Shown: positions 20,848 to 30,204, counted from the stretch's first letter. The stretch is DNA of 64,000 nt from Promethearchaeati archaeon (GCA_013166775.1 JABLTJ010000006.1:1-64000), one strand, 5' to 3'. The notes: generated by a model not told the origin, from the sequence alone. A program made the numbers and translations.

Positions 20848-21693
20848 ATGATACATCTCATTGCCTTCATGGATGTAGAGAGTGGACTCGGAAGAAGAAT
20901 CTATTCAGATGAGACATTGATGATGAGTGAGGAACTTGTTTGGCCCATGATTTGTGCTCTAAATAATTTCGTTATAGAATGCACTAAAAGTGAGAGGGGG
21001 CTAATCAACGCAGCTCTTGAGGATATCAAAATCTATCTCTATTCACCACTAGGGGAGGCCAATCCACTTAGGTTTGTATTCTTTACTGATCTATTTGATA
21101 ATAATGAGTATCTAGAAATGAGAGGACAAAGAATATTCGAAATTTTATCACAGTATATTTCATTTGAGGTTTTCGAACCTCCTGCTGAAATTCAGGAAAA
21201 GGTTTTGAAAATTGCTCAATATACTCAACAATTTCCTTCAGATACTTTGGAACCAATTTTGATTGATAGATTGAAATTAAAATTAAAACGATTAGAAGAT
21301 GAAGGTAAAATACTTGTAGCAGATTTATTTGTTGGTGATATTGATCAAGGTAAAGTTCTTTCACTAGCTTCTAATGAAGCTTTACATGAAAAAAATAGTG
21401 TAGTACTTTTCTCTGAGTTGTTAACTGCTTTCTCAATTGATAGTGAAATATTCGTAAAATCCTCCTTAACAAGGAAAGAAAGAGAGAAACTTGATAAAAT
21501 GGATATCAATTCTCTTGGAATGAATGAAGGATGGTTTCTCAAGCAATTAGTAGGAAAAGAAAGCGATTTTTGGCTAATTGGTTATTTCTTTTTCAGAGAA
21601 AATTTGGAAATGGAGATATCTGATACTTTGAATCTGATAACAACTGAACTATCTGCAGAAATTAAGGACGCAATTACTGTAAGACCATTTTAG
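20848..21693 (+). CDS. Longin-like domain protein (Asgard ESP-type)
   Basis: N-terminal MIHLIAF...SG...ALNNFVIE...LRFVFFTD..D pattern typical of longin/roadblock domains. Confidence 0.6.
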   Translation: MIHLIAFMDVESGLGRRIYSDETLMMSEELVWPMICALNNFVIECTKSERGLINAALEDIKIYLYSPLGEANPLRFVFFTDLFDNNEYLEMRGQRIFEILSQYISFEVFEPPAEIQEKVLKIAQYTQQFPSDTLEPILIDRLKLKLKRLEDEGKILVADLFVGDIDQGKVLSLASNEALHEKNSVVLFSELLTAFSIDSEIFVKSSLTRKEREKLDKMDINSLGMNEGWFLKQLVGKESDFWLIGYFFFRENLEMEISDTLNLITTELSAEIKDAITVRPF

Positions 21694-21698
21694 TTGAC

Positions 21699-23102
21699 TT
21701 AATCTTCATTATTTTCATTATGTTGATTGGTTGGAAATTTCCATGCTAGAACAAGTTCGATAGGAAATAAGCATATACTTATGAGAAATGGTACAAGCAA
21801 TCCCCACTGGTCTTTTGTCTTTTCTATGATGAACCCAGCAATAATCCCGGTAGGTAACCATCCTAAGGATTTAATTCCAGTAACCATTCCGTAAATTTCT
21901 GCTCTACGATTAGGATTAAAATCAGTAACAATAGAAAGTATTCCTGGAACCCAAAAAGCGATACTCGCTCCTAATCCTGCCCATCCTACTAAAATTACAT
22001 AAAACAGATATTTTGGAGCTATGAAATGACCTAATATATTCATAATGAAGAACAATGAACCAGTAAGTAGACTATAAGCAAGCAATTGATTTTTCTTTAA
22101 TTTATCAGATATAATTGTTAATGGGATGAAGAAAACAATTGTGCTAATATTAAGAACAATTTGCATAATTGCAATATGACTTTCATTATACCCATAAACA
22201 TATTTCACAGCTCCATTGTAAATGTTTAAACTTAAACCCCAGACAAAAGCATCAAAAATAAAAAAACCAATTGCATATTTTACACCAGGATTTTTGAAAA
22301 TATCTCTGAATAGATTATAATCTTGTTCTACACTTTCAGTATACTTATTCTGATTCATGTCTCTTTTAGTTTTACTATATATCAAGACGAAAGGCATCAT
22401 AAGAAATTGCAATAAAGATTTAACAAATTCATAGTATAGAACTCCTATTGCTTTTATTGATTGGGTAAATTGTTTTAATTTATTGGAGGAATAACCTTCA
22501 ATAACCAGAGGTTCTTTTAATGAAAAGAGTTGAAAGATAAAAAGTAATAAATTTCCACCAATTAAACCATAAAAATAGTAACTTAAAGGCACTTTATCTG
22601 AAAAAATGCGTATAATAATTGGACCTATCATGGCAGTTACATAAAATGCTAAGTTCACAATTGAGAAAGATGAAGCTCGTTTTTCTTTTTCACTGCTCTC
22701 TGCAACAAGAGAACTTCTAGCAGGATCGCTGAATCCAAATGACATGGATACAACCATTAATCCAGTTACAACTAGAAAAATAGGTGCATCAATTTTATTA
22801 TAGCTTGCTAGAGCAAATAATATTACCGATGGAATAATGAGAAAAGTTCCGGCAAGATATACTCTTTTTCTTCCAATACGATCACTTACTTTTGCAGCTA
22901 GGAGCATGGGTAGGATTTGAGCTAACGATGCCATAGTCATTACTAATCCAAAGACAGATTCTGATTCTATAAAATCTACAAGATAAGGCTGTAAAATTAC
23001 GTTATAGAAGCCACTACAAAGACCATTAATTAAGAAAACAAAGAACATTCTTCGAATATTAATTGTTCTCGATGGATGCAGTTGAGCTTCTCTAAATACC
23101 AT
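21699..23102 (-). CDS. MFS transporter
   Basis: SDRIGRKR motif A and ISDKLKK repeat; 12 TM pattern. Confidence 0.88.
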   Translation of the reverse strand: MVFREAQLHPSRTINIRRMFFVFLINGLCSGFYNVILQPYLVDFIESESVFGLVMTMASLAQILPMLLAAKVSDRIGRKRVYLAGTFLIIPSVILFALASYNKIDAPIFLVVTGLMVVSMSFGFSDPARSSLVAESSEKEKRASSFSIVNLAFYVTAMIGPIIIRIFSDKVPLSYYFYGLIGGNLLLFIFQLFSLKEPLVIEGYSSNKLKQFTQSIKAIGVLYYEFVKSLLQFLMMPFVLIYSKTKRDMNQNKYTESVEQDYNLFRDIFKNPGVKYAIGFFIFDAFVWGLSLNIYNGAVKYVYGYNESHIAIMQIVLNISTIVFFIPLTIISDKLKKNQLLAYSLLTGSLFFIMNILGHFIAPKYLFYVILVGWAGLGASIAFWVPGILSIVTDFNPNRRAEIYGMVTGIKSLGWLPTGIIAGFIIEKTKDQWGLLVPFLISICLFPIELVLAWKFPTNQHNENNED

Positions 23103-23210
23103 AAATTTTTTGGAGAGTAAAACAGTTAAAAATTAATTGGTCAGAGCTTGAATAAGGCAAAAAAGTTGCAAAACGATACATTTTATAAATCATAGTGAGG
23201 GGAAAAAGGC

Positions 23211-24593
23211 ATGAATGACGATTATTTAGATACACCTATTTCGTGGGGAAACGAAATAATTAACTTTTACATTCAAAAGGAGTATAAGAATCAAACAAAG
23301 CTTCTTCATCCTCCTGAGTTTTCGAAAGAAAAAATGTATAAAGGAACAATTGAAGAAGGATTAGACAAAGTATTGAATAATCCCATCGGTTATGATGTTA
23401 CTTTTGATGAACTTGTAAAAGAAAAATATACTGAAGGAAAACCAATAACCTTTGTCGTAGATGATCACACAAGACCAAATCTACACACAAAGATAATCTT
23501 ACCAATCATGATTGAACGAATTAAATCACTTGGAATTCCTGAAAAGGATTTTCGAGTTCTAATCGCAACTGGAACACATAGATTACCTAGAGAAGATGAA
23601 TATCCTAAGATTGTAGGAGAACCTATTTACTCAAGGTATAGAGAAAACATAGTTGCACATGATTGTGACAAAAATGTCAAAATGATTGGAGAAAGTGATG
23701 CTGGAACACCAATGGGTTTCGATAACTTGGTTTTTGAATCATCGATTCTAGTACCAATAACTGACAGTGAATTACACTATTTCGCAGGTGTAGCAGGAAC
23801 AATCAAAGAAATGTGCCCTGGGATTGCAGCAAGACAAACAGTAAGAATAAATCATCCAAAGATGTTTCACAGAGAATTTGGTTTTGTACCTGGCTGCGGT
23901 TTAGGTTGTACAGAAGAAAATCCAGTTATTACTGATATTAAAAATATGGTGAGTATTGTTAAAAAGCAAGTAACTATTTTTGGTATTGATACCATTGTTA
24001 CAGAAGGAGAAATTGTCTATATCAACGCTGGTGATCTTGTTGATTTACATGATGAAGCTTCAGATATAATAGTAGATATGAGAACTGTCAAACTTTCAAA
24101 ACCAGGAAACATAGTTATCTCTGGAATGCAAAGTTGGGGAATTAATCTCTATCAAGCTGGAAAAGGAATTCATGCAGCATGGAATGCAGTAGGTAAGGAT
24201 GGAAATAGTGAAATTATTGCTGTTGCACCTTTACCTGATAGAATTGGGAATGCCAATTACGAGAAGGTTATGATTGAAGCTAAAGATATGTCTTTACAAG
24301 AAGCTTTGGAATACATTTTAGACAACTACTGTACAGAAGATACATTCAAAATTGGTAACCAAAAACCTATAGATTCACTTCGTATTCTTAAAACAATTGG
24401 GGAAGGTAATTTGAAATTTGTTTCAAATATGGATAGCGAAGAACTAAAGATCTATAGAACAACTCCAATAAAGAAACCTGACGAAGGACCTGTTGAAGCA
24501 ATAAGAAGAGAAGTAAAAGATTATATGAGTAAAAATCCAGAAGGAATAATATACATTATGGATGATCCAGGATTGTATATTATTATTGAATAA
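23211..24593 (+). CDS. larA: LarA (lactate racemase, nickel-pincer) superfamily protein
   Basis: DDHTRP, ATGTHR, HD, HYFAG..G..K...PG, NH and NLYQAGK motifs. Confidence 0.85.
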   Translation: MNDDYLDTPISWGNEIINFYIQKEYKNQTKLLHPPEFSKEKMYKGTIEEGLDKVLNNPIGYDVTFDELVKEKYTEGKPITFVVDDHTRPNLHTKIILPIMIERIKSLGIPEKDFRVLIATGTHRLPREDEYPKIVGEPIYSRYRENIVAHDCDKNVKMIGESDAGTPMGFDNLVFESSILVPITDSELHYFAGVAGTIKEMCPGIAARQTVRINHPKMFHREFGFVPGCGLGCTEENPVITDIKNMVSIVKKQVTIFGIDTIVTEGEIVYINAGDLVDLHDEASDIIVDMRTVKLSKPGNIVISGMQSWGINLYQAGKGIHAAWNAVGKDGNSEIIAVAPLPDRIGNANYEKVMIEAKDMSLQEALEYILDNYCTEDTFKIGNQKPIDSLRILKTIGEGNLKFVSNMDSEELKIYRTTPIKKPDEGPVEAIRREVKDYMSKNPEGIIYIMDDPGLYIIIE

Positions 24594-24607
24594 CCCTTCT
24601 TTTTTTT

Positions 24608-24865
24608 CTATAATTCGATTGTATCTTCAGGCCACATTTTTTCAACAACTTCTGCATTACATTTCATGCAGAGATTCTTCTTTTGGATAATACCATCTCT
24701 ATCTGTAGAGAAGTTTTGTATTAATCCTCTGTCACACAAAATGTCTGATCTACAATCTGAACAATAAAAATATCTGCCCTTTTGTTTGGGAGACCAAAGA
24801 TATTTGCTACAAGAAGCACATCGATCTCGTAAATCACATTTTAGGTGTTGTGCAATAATAGTCAT
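24608..24865 (-). CDS. Small Cys-rich zinc-finger protein
   Basis: CASC, CSDC and CMKC plus two more Cys in 85 aa. Confidence 0.7.
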   Translation of the reverse strand: MTIIAQHLKCDLRDRCASCSKYLWSPKQKGRYFYCSDCRSDILCDRGLIQNFSTDRDGIIQKKNLCMKCNAEVVEKMWPEDTIEL

Positions 24866-24869
24866 AAGG

Positions 24870-25097
24870 CTAATCCTCTTCTTTCTTCATTAACCAGTCA
24901 TGATAATCTCTTTTGCGTTGTCTATCTTTTCTATCAATTTCTTCATCACTCTCACCCATTTCCTCTTTGAATTCTTCTTTAATTGTCTTCTTCACTTTCT
25001 CAAACTCTCCCCTTCGAAAAGATAATCCACAGTCTAGGCAGACATAAAAGGGGGGTCTCCATTTAACAATACCACCACAATCCTGACACTTTGCCAC
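24870..25097 (-). CDS. Small zinc-ribbon protein with charged helical tail
   Basis: CQDCGG...YVCLDCG; GGTGAG Shine-Dalgarno before GTG start. Confidence 0.75.
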   Translation of the reverse strand: MAKCQDCGGIVKWRPPFYVCLDCGLSFRRGEFEKVKKTIKEEFKEEMGESDEEIDRKDRQRKRDYHDWLMKKEED

Positions 25098-25193
25098 TTT
25101 TACTCACCTTTTCTTCAATCAAACATAATCGAATGTTATTTAAAAACTAACTTATTCTGTCAATAATCGCATATTTTCTATTTACAAAAAAAA

Positions 25194-25267
25194 TGGTGCA
25201 CGCACCGGGACTCGAACCCGGGTCAGCAGCGTGGGAGGCTGCAGTCCTACCACTAGACTATACGTGC
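25194..25267 (-). tRNA. tRNA-Gly(CCC), intronless, genome-encoded 3' CCA
   Basis: GCACGTA/TGCGTGC acceptor stem, GCAGC-CTCCCAC-GCTGC anticodon arm, GGTTCGAGTCC T-arm, ends ACCA followed by an oligo-T run. Confidence 0.97.
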
Positions 25268-25320
25268 TAAATTTCTGTTCGCTATATATCTTCTTCTTTT
25301 ATAATATTTTCTTTGCTTCT

Positions 25321-26514
25321 TTATGTCTCTATCTTAGATAGTATCTCTTCAAGAAATTCGATTAAAGTCTTTATTTCCTCTTCTGTGTTATAAAGATGTG
25401 TTGAGATTCTTGCTAAATCATTATATGGTAGTTCATACATGAATAAATGTGCACACAAAGCTCCACTCCTGATAATTATGTTTTTCATATCATCAAGTAT
25501 AATTGCTGTGTCATTTGCATCAAGAATATCACTTGCAAAAGTTGTAATAGGTCCATACTCAACTCCTTCGATTTCGATTAGTTCAATACTAGGTAAATTA
25601 CTAATACCCTTTCTAATCAGTGTACTAAGTTTAAGTTCATGTTCTTGAATTTTTGATAAACCGACATTTGATAAAAGCTCCAAGCTGTTTGTTAAACCCA
25701 AGATGTTTGCTAAATTCAGGATTCCACATTCAAATTTCGAACCAGAGGAAGTTAGATGAAACATTGTCTCTTCAAGAGCTATAATTGAACCACCTCCTAC
25801 TATTAGAGGATTCATTGCTTTTTCAATATCGTTGGATAGAATTTGGAGTGCTAGTCCTTGAGGTCCTAGAGCACCAACACAACTAGCTGTTAAAATGATA
25901 TCTGGTGAAATTCCATTCAATTCAATAGGCTCATGTCCTACTGAATTGCTAATATCTAAAATAAAAGTTGCTTCTATCTCATGACATAATTTTGCAATTT
26001 TCTTCCAATCTCTTTTTATCCCATTGGTAGGAGTCAATGAAGAAAGAATCAGAATATCAGCTTTGGATGTAATCTGCTCGTGTATTTTATCTGTTAGTTC
26101 TTGTTCGTCTTCAAAGTTGAGGTATTGTAGTTCATTCCCAAAAGATTGGTGGGTTTTTATTACTGGAGCAAGAATTGAATGATCTTCAAGGATACTTGTA
26201 ATAATTCTCCTCTTATCAATGGCTTCCAATGAGAACAAAGCATTTGTTAATGCTGTTTCTTTGGATGGTAAAAACGAAACCTGTGTTGTTTCTACTTTGA
26301 AGAAATCTGCTATATTCTTTCTATTATTTTCCAACTTCTTCATGCTCTCCATTGCTTCGTGATGCACACCTCTAATAGCTGCTGAACCTTCTTTCTGATA
26401 GAAGTCAACAATCGTGTCTAAAGAAGAAACGGGCATTTTACCTATGGTTGCTGAGTCAAGGTAGATCTTGTCTTCTTGTAGATTAAAATCATTTCCGAAT
26501 CTTGTAATTGTCAT
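25321..26514 (-). CDS. SufS-like (class V aminotransferase) protein lacking the PLP lysine
   Basis: YLDSAT, GGGSI, RSGALCAH; the SGHK motif reads ASCV. Confidence 0.85.
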   Translation of the reverse strand: MTITRFGNDFNLQEDKIYLDSATIGKMPVSSLDTIVDFYQKEGSAAIRGVHHEAMESMKKLENNRKNIADFFKVETTQVSFLPSKETALTNALFSLEAIDKRRIITSILEDHSILAPVIKTHQSFGNELQYLNFEDEQELTDKIHEQITSKADILILSSLTPTNGIKRDWKKIAKLCHEIEATFILDISNSVGHEPIELNGISPDIILTASCVGALGPQGLALQILSNDIEKAMNPLIVGGGSIIALEETMFHLTSSGSKFECGILNLANILGLTNSLELLSNVGLSKIQEHELKLSTLIRKGISNLPSIELIEIEGVEYGPITTFASDILDANDTAIILDDMKNIIIRSGALCAHLFMYELPYNDLARISTHLYNTEEEIKTLIEFLEEILSKIET

Positions 26515-26736
26515 ATTACTAACGATGAGTTATTTGTACTCCTTTAAAACATTACTAGGGAAAGATAGGTAAAAACGACATACTAAATTATTTCTTTAGT
26601 AAGAATGAAGTAGTTTGAACAGAAAAATTTGTTAATATGAATGTTCACTTTCTATACTAGGGAATGATCGAAAGGCATTTAGTAAAGCAAAAGAGCTATG
26701 CCAGAAAGAAGCTTATGTGACCCTCAATAACTGTTT

Positions 26737-27930
26737 CTAAATCTCTTCCATTATCGATCTAAGGAGTTCGTTGAATTTTCTTATATCCTCTTCAGTATTA
26801 TAGACATGAGTAGAAACTTGTATGAGAGAATCCATCCCAATTTCATCCATAAACAAGTGGGAGCACAAAGCTCCGCTCCTGACTGAGATTTTTCCTAAAT
26901 CTTCTAAAATAATCGCTATATCATGAGCATCTATTTCTTCACTCATAAAAGAGAGGATGGGTCCGTATTCTACTCCATCACTTTCCATTAAACTGATTTT
27001 AGAAGCATCGTTTAATCCATCAATTATATGATCTCTCAATTTTGTTTCATAGGATTGTATTTTTTCAAATCCAATATTTTTGAGTTCTGTTAAACTATTT
27101 TCCAATCCTACAATAGCAGCTAAATTCAATTGACCAGGCTCATATTTGTTACTTCCTGAAAGTAATTTGAATGAATTGGTGTTTAGAGATACTATTGAAC
27201 CACCCCCTACTAAAAATGGTTCAAATGTCTTATCTATATCCTCAGCTAGTATCTGGAATGCTATTCCAGGTGGCCCCAATGCTCCTGAAGAACCAGAAGA
27301 AAGCACTATATCTGGAGAATGCTGAGTAAAATCATATGGTTCATGTCCAACAGAATTACTGATATCTAGAATGAAAGGAACTTCCTTTTCCTCACAAATT
27401 TTTGATATACTTCTCCAATTTCTTTTGACCCCCATACCAAGAGTCAATGATGATAAAACAACTGCTTTTGTTTCAGAGGAAATTCTTTCGTTCAATTTAT
27501 CTACAAGATTTTCTTCATCTTTAAGAGATAGAAAATCAATCTCCAAATTATATAACTCACTGATTTTTATTATTGGTGCAAGAATAGAATGATCTTCCAG
27601 TACACTGGTCAGTATTTTGCTTTTTCCAGATTTATCAAGATAAAATAGGGAATTAAGAATTGCAACTTCTCTTGAGGGTAGGAAGGATAGCTGATTAGGA
27701 GCAATACTGAATACTCTGGATATGGCATTTCTCTTTTCTTCAAGGATTTTCGAAGCTTCAATGGCCAACCTATGAGTACCTCTAATTGTCCCACCGATGT
27801 TGGTTTCATAGAAATCTTGAATCTTTTTTATCGAAGAAGTTGGAAGCCTTCCGAGAGTTGCAGAATCTAAATAGATGTCTTCATCAGGAAGTGAGAACTC
27901 TAAATCGAAATTTTGTCTATTGTTAGACAT
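26737..27930 (-). CDS. SufS-like (class V aminotransferase) protein lacking the PLP lysine, tandem paralogue
   Basis: YLDSAT, RGTH, GGGSI, RSGALCSH; the SGHK motif reads SGSS; probable start at ATG 27930. Confidence 0.85.
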   Translation of the reverse strand: MSNNRQNFDLEFSLPDEDIYLDSATLGRLPTSSIKKIQDFYETNIGGTIRGTHRLAIEASKILEEKRNAISRVFSIAPNQLSFLPSREVAILNSLFYLDKSGKSKILTSVLEDHSILAPIIKISELYNLEIDFLSLKDEENLVDKLNERISSETKAVVLSSLTLGMGVKRNWRSISKICEEKEVPFILDISNSVGHEPYDFTQHSPDIVLSSGSSGALGPPGIAFQILAEDIDKTFEPFLVGGGSIVSLNTNSFKLLSGSNKYEPGQLNLAAIVGLENSLTELKNIGFEKIQSYETKLRDHIIDGLNDASKISLMESDGVEYGPILSFMSEEIDAHDIAIILEDLGKISVRSGALCSHLFMDEIGMDSLIQVSTHVYNTEEDIRKFNELLRSIMEEI

Positions 27931-28016
27931 GTATAATGAGAACAAAACATGTACTATTATAAAATATTTGTTTGAAAACATCATTTTTTTATATTAGGCT
28001 ACTTTTTCGCTGATTA

Positions 28017-28466
28017 ATGTCTTCCTCTGATGAGTATTCTATCATAAAACAAGATATTCAAAAAATCATGAAATCATATACTGAGCTTCTTGAAGTGATA
28101 TCAGAAAAAAATTCAAATGAAGTTAACCAAATCTTATGGAAAATACGAGCAGATTTGGAAACAATTGTCATTGAATTCAAGAGTTTGATTACTGATAGCT
28201 TACTGATAGAGAATTGGCAAGAACAATTCCATTCAGACTTTAAGGGAACAAAATCAAAAGAGAAAGCTATTTTTAAACTACAAGAATTTAATATGAGTGT
28301 AGGTGAAATTATGGACTTATTCTCCAAAAAAAAGAAGGAATGTTACCAATATCTTTGGAAACTTAAAGAAGTAATATCTTCTGTGATTTCAGCTTTTCCC
28401 AAAACTAGATTGAAATGGGAAGACAATCAATTTCAGGAAGAGAAAGAGAAGATTTTTGAGATTTAG
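28017..28466 (+). CDS. Hypothetical all-helical protein
   Basis: Clean ORF with internal repeat LWKIRADL/LWKLKEVI. Confidence 0.65.
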   Translation: MSSSDEYSIIKQDIQKIMKSYTELLEVISEKNSNEVNQILWKIRADLETIVIEFKSLITDSLLIENWQEQFHSDFKGTKSKEKAIFKLQEFNMSVGEIMDLFSKKKKECYQYLWKLKEVISSVISAFPKTRLKWEDNQFQEEKEKIFEI

Positions 28467-28511
28467 AATCCCTTTACATCTAACAGTAAATATAAATTAT
28501 AAGATGTACTT

Positions 28512-29015
28512 ATGTGGTTGATGAGTGTTAGTCCAATCAAGAAAGAATTCCCTGATGATATGGATAATATCAGGGACGCAATGAAATTGGAAAAATACAT
28601 TTGTCCGCATAGAGGAATAAACTATCCCTGTGTAATCTGCAAAGATTGCAGAGATATGGATCTAAGACAATTTCCTCTAAAAAATGGTTTTATTGAGAAA
28701 ACCAAGAATTCAAGTTTAATTTCACTTATTTTAGAACTCAGAGATCCATTCGATGACATGCTGTTAAGAAGGTTAAGTTTTGCACTTTCAGAAGCAACTG
28801 GAATTGTTCAAAAAGAACCAGAACCAGGTTTTTCGATCACATTCTATATCTCTGAAGCACTAATGGAAAAAGTACAAGAACCTGAAAAATTAGTGAAATT
28901 CATCTCAAATTTTCAACACACTTTCCTCTCAGAGACAATAGCTGCACGAAGTGCAATAAACAAATGGGAACGGACCACAACAAAAAGATTACTCTGGGAT
29001 ATGAGCATAGTTTAG
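28512..29015 (+). CDS. ARPC4 (Arp2/3 complex subunit 4)-like protein
   Basis: IEKTKNSSLISL...D..D..L...P.PGFSITFYI...KLVKFI..F...E......IN...R matches the ARPC4 pattern IEGSINSVRVSI...KPVEGYDISFLIT...KLVDFVIHF...EI....SVNARAR; similar length. Confidence 0.7.
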   Translation: MWLMSVSPIKKEFPDDMDNIRDAMKLEKYICPHRGINYPCVICKDCRDMDLRQFPLKNGFIEKTKNSSLISLILELRDPFDDMLLRRLSFALSEATGIVQKEPEPGFSITFYISEALMEKVQEPEKLVKFISNFQHTFLSETIAARSAINKWERTTTKRLLWDMSIV

Positions 29016-29040
29016 CTAGAAAAAAATCTTGATATTTTCA

Positions 29041-30159
29041 TCAGGAAACGCTCTTCCAATATACTCCTAAATCATCAGCATGCTTCCTAACATTATACAT
29101 TTCTGAAGTAGTTGGCTTTTTTTTGATTTCAGGATACATCTCTGTTCTAAGAACCTTATACTCAGGTCTGTATTGACCCATAATATTAACTAAAGGAGTC
29201 TTTAGATTTTCGTTCACCCAATTTAGAATTGGAATTGAACAACAGTTTGTGTGGTTGGGCATTACAAGATGTCGAATGATGTATTCTCCACTTCCCCGTT
29301 CCTCTATCATTTTCATATTTCGTTGAAGAGCTTCCCAGTATTTAGATGCTTTAGAATATTTAGTTGCGCAATCGTTGTTACTATACTTCATATCTGGCAA
29401 CCAAATATCGAAAACGTCTACTAGAATCTTCATGCTAGTTTCAGTAAGATACATATTACTATTCCAGAGCATAGGTAAATCTACCTGAGCTTCCAAGAAG
29501 GACTCTAAAATTAAATGAAGGTTGGGTGTAGGTTCTCCACCAACAAAGTTAATATTTCTAACGCCTTGACTCTTTAGACTATAATACATTTGAGCTAAAT
29601 CTAATGGAGTATGACCTTTACCTTTGAATCTTTCAAATGCAAATTCTTGACTTATATCGTGGTTCTGACAAAAGACACATTGGAATGTACAACCATAAAA
29701 GAAAATTGTTCCACTAGGCACAATAGGACTCTCTTCTCCCATATGAACAAAAGCTGAAGAGATGTAAGCTTGTCCATCAACACCGCAATTACCTATTTTA
29801 CCTCCAGCTCTGTCAGCTTTACATCTATTCTCACAGAATTCACAAGCAGAGAGTATATCCTTTGTTATCATAACCTTGAGCTTTAGATAGTTATTCTTCC
29901 GTATTTCTTCTTCCTTATGTTTAGCAAAAACTTCTTTTTCTATATCCTCAAGAGGTACAGTTTGTTTTTCTTCTAACCACGTTTTGAATTTTGTATGATA
30001 ATGTTCATGAATGTCCAAAAGATCTTTCTGTGATTTCTTCTCATCAATAGGTACATAAAACAAGCGTGCAAGTTTATATCTAGGGATTCTTTTTCCTTGG
30101 AAGATTTCTCTGTACTCAACTAATCTATCTTTAAGTTCAAATTGTTGCCAGACAGACAT
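29041..30159 (-). CDS. pflX: PflX-like radical SAM protein
   Basis: HMGEE.PIVPSGTIFF.GCTFQCVFCQNHDIS, GGEPTPN, WNSNMY, RHLVMP and MGQYRP motifs. Confidence 0.9.
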   Translation of the reverse strand: MSVWQQFELKDRLVEYREIFQGKRIPRYKLARLFYVPIDEKKSQKDLLDIHEHYHTKFKTWLEEKQTVPLEDIEKEVFAKHKEEEIRKNNYLKLKVMITKDILSACEFCENRCKADRAGGKIGNCGVDGQAYISSAFVHMGEESPIVPSGTIFFYGCTFQCVFCQNHDISQEFAFERFKGKGHTPLDLAQMYYSLKSQGVRNINFVGGEPTPNLHLILESFLEAQVDLPMLWNSNMYLTETSMKILVDVFDIWLPDMKYSNNDCATKYSKASKYWEALQRNMKMIEERGSGEYIIRHLVMPNHTNCCSIPILNWVNENLKTPLVNIMGQYRPEYKVLRTEMYPEIKKKPTTSEMYNVRKHADDLGVYWKSVS

Positions 30160-30204
30160 AGCATCTCTTCTTTGTAAAGCCCACATTAAGAAAATTTACT
30201 CATA

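Noticed and set aside
25100-25320. tRNA as an integration site
   Set aside because: No integrase and no duplicated tRNA 3' end noticed in the window
26515-26736. Intergenic region between the SufS-like genes with repeated TACTAGGGA and weak hairpins (possible SECIS or riboswitch)
   Set aside because: Pairing is short and AT-rich, no consensus is matched, and no in-frame TGA selenoprotein was seen nearby
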